From: Cercozoa sp. M6MM
Lineage: Eukaryota > Protista > Endomyxa: Ascetosporea
NCBI GenBank assembly: GCA_040357565.1
Contig: JBDODJ010000003.1
DNA: 64,000 nucleotides
Direction: 5' to 3' (one strand)
The notes below the pieces were generated by a model. It ran no database searches. It saw only the letters and a program-made list of their open reading frames with translations, and had not been told where the DNA came from. Shown here in pieces: positions 55,516 to 64,000 of this stretch. Made by a program: the position numbers and the translations under genes. Position 1 is the stretch's first letter. Each line of letters opens with the position of its first letter.

Positions 55516-57172
55516 ATGACTCGTAACAGTGATAAATGCGCATCAGACGATTGGGTCGGCGACAGCAAGAGTAAGTTCGTGTTTCTGCGTACTCGCGCAC
55601 AACACGCGAGCAGCAACGAAATCGAAGTCTCGATCGGTCGCAAGGCCGGGCAAAGGAGGGTAAGAATTGCTGTTGTCATTCAAGTTTGTGGCTTGCGTGT
55701 TATTGTTTTGTTTTGTGCAGACTGACATCACAGTGAATGCACCGCAAGTTTCAGGGAAGCACTGCAGAGTTCGCTGGCAGCGCAGATGCGACAACACTCG
55801 CGGTAGACCTTCTCAAAGTGAGGTGTACCCGCACTGATGGGCAAATCGAACTGTGTGGGGTTCAGTCTTTGAAGTCAACGACATGAACTCCCGCAACGGC
55901 ACGACTCTCGTCTCGTCGGATCAGTCGGAGAAACGTGTTCTGCCTCAGACATGGCAGGTGGCACCCAAAGCTTCCCTCATTCGACTCGGCAAAGCGAGTG
56001 TGCTTCTCCGGCCACTCGAGGTTCTGGTACTGACACTGCTTTCTTCTTGTACGGGGGGGGGGGGGGGCCGGCCAGACTGGTCTAGCTTGACTGGTCAAAC
56101 TGGTGTCTGTCAGGTGGAAGTCGAAGGCTCGTTAAGTGCGATGAAAGAGCACGCCAGTCAGTACGTCAGTGTTATAACAAAGCCTGCAGAAGCACGTGTC
56201 AAGCTGAGTGCATTCGATCGCATCCCGTCGCTCATGACCGATGATGCCGTCACAGACGCACTTCTGCGATCGGACACGCCGCCCGACACGCTCGAGTCGC
56301 TTTTCGGAGTGACAGAAGTCGCCACGAAACCTTTGCCAAAAATTGCCGCGAAACCTTCGCCGAAAACTGACGTTGTTGAAGTCGTCGAAGTAGTCGAAGC
56401 TTCCTCGTTCCAGTCACCGCGCAAGTCGCCTCGAAAGCAGTCGCAACCGACCAGTTCGAAAAGTCCACCTCAACAAAGCATGTTCAATCCACGTGAAAAC
56501 CTCAACGCTTCCGCGCGGACGAGTGCTGTCAAACCTGAGGTCGAGTACGTTGCGAGAACCGGTTTGTTTGGAGACTGCTGTCTCGTGCTCGCGACAGAGT
56601 CGAGGAGAGGCGATTTGCTTCTCGTGATCTACGAGCAGAGGTTCTATCTGCATTATATCTCTCTTTTGAGTACTTTGGATGTCCTGTGTGTTGCATGAGC
56701 AGAGGTGGCACAATCGTGAGTGATTTGGAGACTCTGGGCAAATGGAAGGGACAGCAAATCATTCTGTACGATCCGGAGGCTCGAAAGTGGCGCTTCACTG
56801 TACCCCCCCCCCCCGTTGCACTATACGGTGACTTGCTGAACTAACACTCTGTAGCTAGACAAGTCGGACACTCGCAAGAAGCCTGTCGAGTGGGTAAAAC
56901 AACATCGTTTGGATTGTTCCAGTGTGTTGCTGCACACTGCCTACCCAACTGGACACAGGTGGCCGCGTGCATTAAACAAGGCCGAACCACTACAGTTACA
57001 AAATCGCCAAAGCTGAAGGCAGAGAAGAAGAAATTGCAAGTCCCTTCACCAAAAAAGTCGGCAGCAGAAGTGGTCGAACTGTCGTTCAATGTCGAAACCG
57101 ACCCCAACAGTCCCGCCAAGGATCAGCTGGGCGAAAAACGACCGAAGCCGTCAGAGTACTCGTGCTTTCTTC

Positions 57173-57233
<61 letters not shown>

Positions 57234-57335
57234 CTNNNNNNNNNNNNNNNNNNNNNNNNNNNNNNNNNNNNNNNNNNNNNNNNNNNNNNNNNNNNNNNNN
57301 NNNNNNNNNNNNNNNNNNNNNNNNNNNNNNNNNNN

Positions 57336-57396
<61 letters not shown>

Positions 57397-58926
57397 TTCC
57401 TTCCAATGCAACGCGTGCTGTGCAGACCGCAAGCCGGAACTCGGCATGCTGCGCCGCGTGGAGAAACTGCTCCCCAATGGGTTTCAGTTGAGTCCGCGCA
57501 GCTGCTTCTTCGTTGGCGACAGCGCAGGCCGCGTCTGTGCCGATGGGGAAACGAACAACGGCGGTACCTTTCTCGGCCTGTGTATGTGTGTGAGTGTTGA
57601 CATTGATACTGAGTGCTGAACTTGAATGGTCTGCAGTGATTACTCGCAACGACACGTCGTGCTGCGACCTGCTGTTCGCTAAGAACGCCAATCTGCACTT
57701 TCTCGAAGCAGAACGATACTTTGCTTCCAAGTCGGTACTGTTTATTGTCTGATTGTGTATGTTAATAGCCAAAATGAGGGATGTGTGCACAGACTAGAGA
57801 ACAGATGGCAGAAACACGCTGGTACGACGGCTTCCCAGACGAACACGACGAAGACTACGATGACGACGACTACGCGTCGCTGGAGGAGCACGTGCGCAGC
57901 TTCAGTGGACTCAACCCTGCGCGTCTCTTGTACCCTACTCCTTCTGAGTGCACCCGACTCTCTCTTGTGTATCCTGTCCCTGTGATCATGTGACCTGTTT
58001 CCCTGTGAGTTCAGGGAGAGCAACGACTGGCGCACCCTACCAGACGTCATTCCTGACAGCACGTCGCAGCAGTGCGTGATTATGTGCGGCATGCCTGGCA
58101 GCGGAAAGTCGCATTTCGCCCGTCTCCTCGTAGAGAGGTGTGTACCACTTGAAAATCTGTATACTCGATTAACCTTGAGATGGCCTGTGTGTTTGTTTGC
58201 AGGCGAAACTTTACGCGAGTGTGCCGTGACGAGACGGCCAGTATGTCCCTTGTAGAACAAGACCTCGTGACTGCACTAAAGAAGGGCCACAGCGTCGTTG
58301 TTGACAACACCGTACGATACTTATGGGTGGCAGGCAGGCTACAGTTCTGACTTATATGTATACATCCCCTAGTGTCCGACCGAATCTGACCGAGCGCGAT
58401 GGCGCCAGATCGCTCGTGCCACATGTCCCGACGTTGACGTGCTCTGCGTCTTCCTGCGCACCAGTGTCGAAGTGGCCTGGCACCTCAACTGCTTCCGCGC
58501 GCGTCGAAATGGCTGCCGGAAGCTCGTGCCACCTGAAGCTTTCCTCGGCTTTCGTCGTCGCTTCGAGTCGCCTGTGTCGACGTACTTTCACTTGAGTTCG
58601 AAACAACTGACTTTTGTGTGACTTGCTTGCATGTGTTATCGACTGTACCAATAGGAGTGGCATGCCGGTCATCACCTTGGAGACACCAGTGGGCCCGCTG
58701 CACATCGCCGAGTCCGAAAAATCCGACTTTCGCCTGCGCAGCGAAATGCCAAAGCAGCTTCGCAACCTGATAAGGTTACTCTTGTTGTTGTCGAGTGCGT
58801 ACCTCATGTGGAAATGTACATGAGTGAGTACTGTGTAGGGTCCGTGCCGCACCTTTGCGAGCGCAGTCATACGAAACAGTCACTTCAGAGGAACGCAGAA
58901 AACGCGCATTCTACAACAAGCATTAG
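55516..58926 (+). CDS. PNKP: Polynucleotide kinase 3'-phosphatase (FHA - linker - phosphatase - kinase), interrupted by an assembly gap
   Basis: FHA: IGRK, VSGKHC, NDMNSRNGT. Phosphatase: RKPELGM, FFVGDSAGR, SCCDLLFAKN. Kinase: CGMPGSGKS, VVVDNTCP. Confidence 0.88.
57236..57335. other. Assembly gap (100 N) between (TG)n tracts; further gaps at 50818-50827 and 59336-59345
   Basis: N runs flanked by dinucleotide repeats. Confidence 0.99.
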
Positions 58927-59110
58927 TCAGCGTGCGTCCGAACCTGCCTCGTGTGACCTAAGTTATTTCTGTCCATTCCGTCTTCAAGGATGCATCAGTC
59001 ATTCATCAACTGAATACCGTCCCTGCCCGGCCCGGCCAATCGGTCGAGTGATCCATTGGACCGCGGGTACGCGTACGTAACTAATCAACTGAACTGGCAG
59101 CTAGCAGAGT

Positions 59111-59287
59111 CTAGCTCGCTCGCTTTCTGGGGTTTTCTTGCTCCAGTCGTTCAATGAGATCGCGGAGCGGTCGTTGCTCGCGCTCGTTGAGCAACTTGAA
59201 CTCCGAACAGAAGAAGTAAAAGTGCTTGAAACTCTGCCCAGAACGAAACGACCGCATGCAGTCGAGTACAGTCAGAAAGCACCCCTT

Positions 59288-59335
<48 letters not shown>

Positions 59336-60278
59336 NNNNNNNNNNACACACAGACACACAGACACACAGACACACAGACACACAGACACACAGACACACA
59401 CACACACACAGACACACACACACACACGAGAGTAACGCACCTTCTCCAAGTGTTCTTGTGCTTCAAGTTCCACAAAGATATTGACTAAGGTACAGTACGT
59501 CAAACAGAGAATACTAGGTCTCGCATGACAAAAAAAAAACGAAGCGTACAGTGGTGGTGAAACAGGTGAGCGAAAATTCGAAAGAAACGAGCGAATGCAC
59601 TCAGCACGATTTTGTCACTTGCATCTTTGTCATCGAAATCGCCACGTTTCATCTGCTCCTCGATGCGCAGCATCCAGTAAGTGATGTAGGAGCGTGCCGA
59701 AACACGGCCGTCTTCGCTACCAGTGCCGTGCCCCTGGACCGAGTGCGGCGGCAGCACGTACTCAAAGCGTTTGCCCGCCCTCATCACTGGGCAGCTCGTG
59801 TCCTAGGCCACGAAAACCGGCAGTGATATCACACAGGAGAAGGAAGGATCCGTAGGCAGAGGTACAGTGCAGGAGTCAAGCACGGCACCAAACAATATCG
59901 ACACGGAGTTGAAGAAATCGACAACGTGCGTGGCTATCCACACGGACTGACTGGCACCTTGCGGCACTTTCACTGCTTGTCGGTACTCCATGCTGCGCAG
60001 CGATTCCTGTCGGGCGGGGGGCGGGGGTAAAGTAAGAAGTAACCTGAACCCCCAATGTCGTGAACTGACGAGAAACCAACCTGGGCACGAGAGTGCAACT
60101 GCGCGTGACGAGAGCCCTCTCTGTGCCGTTGAAGCGGGCGCAACGACGCACTTGAGTAGCCTCGATTGCTCTTCTGTGTGGTTGGACAAGTGAAACCTTA
60201 GCCTAACAGAAGCACAAACAACTATTGCTCAGTTTACTTGCGACTTTCGCGACCTGCGAGAGGCACGACTCGCACCAT
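59111..60278 (-). CDS. MOB kinase-activator family protein (start uncertain)
   Basis: RQAVKVPQGASQSVWIATHVVDFFNSVSILFG, SCPVMRAGKRFEY, FFRIFAHLFHHHF, SFKHFYFFCSEFKLLNEREQRPLRDLI. Confidence 0.92.
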
Positions 60279-60484
60279 CCGACGCAGCTGTGTGTTCAAC
60301 CCGTTTTTGGCCCTGTGATTCGGCATTACTGCAGCAGCAGCCCATTTCCTAGCTGAAATGCAAGCTGTGCACGCACAACAATCATCCGAACATCGCAGCA
60401 ATAATTTGCTGTGCGACAGTAGCGCAGCAATCTGTATAAAAAGTGCAAACAAAACAACACCTGTGACTTGGTGAGCACTCTTTT

Positions 60485-62084
60485 ATGGAGATCGTGCCGC
60501 AACGAACGACGTGAGTTTTTTTCCGGCTCCTGGCTCGGTCTTGGGTTTTTCAACTCAAAAGGTGAAACTGCAATTAACGCCTGTTTACGGCACAGCAAGG
60601 CAGCTTTTGTACCCTAAACAAGGGGTTTTCGTGGCTTTGACGTTTATTTCGCCATTCGCAAATTCGTTTTTCTGCATTCTGCTGGGTCCTGCAGAAAGTT
60701 TTCTTTGAGTCCAGTCCTCGCGAGAGCTCTGTACTGACACGAGGCAAACCGAAAGTAACGACAAACCGCAATGCACGGAGCCAGAAGGCGTGCGGTACAA
60801 CTCCTGCATTTGAATGGGATGTTATCAGGACGATGTATTCTGATTTGTCATAGGCGCACTATGCCGAAGAATGGATCGTTGTCAACACGAATCAAACGCA
60901 GTACGCGGTTTCCACTGCGAGTGACGAAGGTTTCATTGCTCCGGCCGACGATGTTGCTGTAACATTTCTCTCTCAATATCGAAACAGTATCGATGTCTTC
61001 GGTTGCGGAAATCCATGGCCACTTTGTGTCGACAGGAGCTGTGGGATCGCATGAACGAAGAGCAACGTCGTGCGCTTTCAAAGGTGGCCTCGACGGAGGC
61101 TGCTTTCGACTTTGCGAGAAGTCTCGGCATTCAGACGTTTCCCCTTCAAGTCGAAGACGACCCGTAAGACACAACACTGTTTTGTCTTAATCTTGCCATT
61201 GAAACTGCATCACTTCTTTGTTTTTCCAAAGGCTGCGTCCGGTCCTGACGATTGGTGAGGTGTCCGATGCAGAGGTGGACGCTTCATCCGACAGCGATAG
61301 CGAAGGTCAGGGCACACGAGGTAGTTTTTTTTTTGTATATTCTGTGCACCCCATTGACGAATGGTGTTTCACCTAGCCCGCGAACCAGAAATTGTACAAA
61401 CAGAAGGACAGGTAGCCGAGCTTTGATGAGTCTTTAGAAAAGTTTAGATCTCACACCAGACTAACTTATGATTTGTTGCAGTGGACGTTGAGCAACTTCC
61501 TGAGTCGCATGCACGAGAACGTGTCACTGTGGTGGCAGGACTTGTTCCTCCCGAATGTGTCACATCACGAAGAAGAACCGCACGCACAGTTCGACACCAG
61601 CAGTGTAAACTTTTTTTTGTGTTCTTTCTGTGCCTGTACTGTCTGCTTGATGGATGGATGTTTAAAGGCAACTGAAGCGCCAATGACGGCTGAAAACGTG
61701 GCCTGGGCGACCCGTGTTACGTAATTTACAGCTTGATTGAGTTCGTGTGCATTTTTGACAAATCAGGCACTTTCCTGTTGTTGTAACTTACAGGCTCGAA
61801 AAACTAGTGAAGCAAGCGCGCACTGCACTGAACGACCCGAAAATCTCCGCTCCAACCATCGTTGCACTCACAGTCACGCTCTGCGTTGCTCGGGTACATG
61901 CACCTTCTTTCACTTCAATCTCATCTCCGTTTAAACTGTTTTTCTTTGTACCTGGTTGGTTAAAACGCAGAACCCGGCAGTGTTTGCAGCGGTCGGCGCA
62001 ACCTCGGCAGCAATGGCAGCCGCTGACATGTACCATCGTCGCAAAGACAGCAGCGACATGCCTCCGACTCAAGAGCCCAAATGA
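60485..62084 (+). CDS. Hypothetical protein with C-terminal hydrophobic segments
   Basis: A run of typical-size GT-AG introns gives a continuous frame ending PTIVALTVTLCVARNPAVFAAVGATSAAMAAADMYHRRK...EPK*. First exons are uncertain. Confidence 0.6.
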
Positions 62085-62207
62085 ACGTGAGCCTCCGTTT
62101 GCAACCGACGGTTCAAGTTCTTTTAACTGCTACTGCAGCTAGTACTAAATCCAGTTCAATAGTAGGTACAAAATCAATCTGTTCGTTCAGTTCGACGTCC
62201 CTTCAGT

Positions 62208-63872
62208 TTAGAAAAGCGTGTAGAGCAGCTTGTCAACGGTGCCGTTCTTGGGGTTGATCTTGCCCTTGGTGGCCGTCTCCGTCATGTAGTCAATGACCTC
62301 CTTGACCGTCTCAAAGTCGTCGCCCTTCTTCTGCAGCAGGAGGGCAGCGGCACCTGTCACACAACAGCACACACAGTAAATACATCCAGTGACACAAACC
62401 TTGGGGAAAGGAGAGGTATAGCTTGAGGCACCAGCGACGTGCGGCGTGGCCATCGACGTGCCCGAGATCGTGAGCGTGCCCTTGGGCTCGGCGTCGTTCT
62501 CCCACGGCTCGTTGAAGGTCGAGCGGATGGCGACGCCGGGCGCCAGGATGTCGACGCACGAGCCCCAGTTGCTGAACGAGGCCAGCGAGTCGTGAATGTC
62601 CGTGGCACCCACCGTGAGCGCCTCCGGCGCCGAGGCCGGCGACACGTTGCAGGCGTTCTGGTTCTCGTTGCCGGCGGCAACGACGGGCACAACGCCCACC
62701 TTGGCGAGCTCGGCAATCATGTCGTTCTCGGCCTTGGAGAACGGGCCGCCGAGCGACATCGAGACCACGGAGAACTTCTTGCCCGACGCAATGTGCTGGT
62801 CGGCCACCCACTGCATGGCGTTCATGATGCCGAGCATCGAGCCGCCGCCCGTGCAGCCGAGTGCGCGCACGCCGATGAGGTTGACGTTCTTGGCGATGCC
62901 GTAGTGCTCGGCACCGATCGAGCCGGCGCAGTGCGTGCCGTGCGCGTTGCAGTCAGTGCCGCAGCCACGCACCTGGCCGGGCTTCTTCTCGTCGCCAAAG
63001 AGGCCCGAGAAGCACGTGCCGTGCACGGCGCGGCCGCCAAAGTCGGCGTGCTTCGTGTTGATGCCCGTGTCGATCACGTAGACATCGACGCCCTCGCCCG
63101 TGGCCTCGTACTTGTACTTGTTGTCCAGCGGCAGGTCGCGCTGGTCCGAGCGGTCGACGCCTGTGCCACACCAACACAGAGTGCATCTACCAATCGAAAT
63201 GAGGACACGGAAGGACAGGCCTACCCCAGGCGCACGAGCCATCGCGATCGAAACAGGTCTGCACGCCCGACTCGGCAACGACCTCGCCGTCCTTGTGCAG
63301 GAAGGCCTCCTGGAAGGTCTTGACGACGCCCTCGATGTTGCTGTCGCGGCGCGGCTTGCGGCTCTTGCGGCCGCCCTTGTAGGCCCATCGGCCCTCGACC
63401 TGCACCTTGGTGGCCTGCTCGACGTAGGCGACACCCGGCAGCGAGCGGATCTTGTCAATGTCCGAGCGCTCAAAGTGACCCGTCGCGGCCATGAAGCGGT
63501 CGTTCAGGTTCAGGAAGTGCAGCTGCTCGACGTGCGAGCCGGCGGCAGAACGGATGGCGCCCTTGGCGGCATGGAACTGCGACACAGCCTCCTTGTCGAA
63601 CACCACGACGTAGGCGCCGTCGATCAGCTCGCTCACCGAGCCGAACTGCTCCAGCGGGGCAAGAGCGTTGGCGGCCGAGGCAGCTGCAACCAACAAACCG
63701 AACAGTCAAAGATCACTTGAAAAATCATCACGCAGCACACACAAAAAAAAAAAAAACGGCACGCGCCACGCGCGGGAAAAAACGCATGAACGCACACGCG
63801 AGTCGCGGAAATGCATCAACACGCTAACACTGAGCTGCTTGTACCGGCAAGAGCAGACAGAAGGAACTTCAT
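62208..63872 (-). CDS. Secreted subtilisin S8A (proteinase K-like) with signal peptide and I9 propeptide
   Basis: MKFLLSALAAASAANA; YVVVF...LPGVAYVEQ (I9); catalytic triad VYVIDTGI, HGTHCAG, GTSMATPHVAG; oxyanion motif VAAGN. Confidence 0.96.
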
Positions 63873-64000
63873 GTTAGTGCGATGAGAAAAAACACTCGTG
63901 TCAGTTGACAACGTTAAGAGCCCACTTGGTGAAGACTCACTAAACTACAATGCGATGCAGAGTTTGCGAAAGTTAGGGAGCGTGCCGGAGCAGAAATGCA

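Overview
This is a eukaryotic (protist) nuclear sequence, not prokaryotic. It is gene-dense, with about 28 spliced protein-coding genes in 64 kb and intergenic gaps mostly 0.1-0.5 kb. It uses the standard genetic code, with TAA, TAG and TGA all serving as stops. The ORF track is largely misleading because genes are cut by many short GT-AG introns (mode about 55-60 nt), so I rebuilt gene models by hand. Recognisable genes: NIT2-type amidase, SCAMP, mitochondrial L7/L12, a PH protein, a WDR82-like protein, ARPC5, SF3B3 (28 introns), an atypical Ras-like GTPase, beta-tubulin, a PH-TKL kinase, SNAPIN, an RGS protein, ZNHIT1, a CEP70-like protein, RNase H1, an ankyrin protein, WDR43/Utp5, a THUMP m2G methyltransferase, an enlarged mitochondrial IF3, PNKP, a MOB protein and a subtilisin, plus several orphans. 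The most notable signals are: (1) an unusual splicing code, with donors dominated by GTAC, +5G mostly lost, tight intron length, and introns packed with GTAC or CTTACC repeats; (2) two copies of a short non-LTR-type element with (AACT)n tails and target-site duplications; (3) an intron-containing gene resembling a bacterial family of unknown function; (4) several unusual protein architectures. All family calls come from motif recognition and memory, not database searches. Gene ends for the orphans are approximate.
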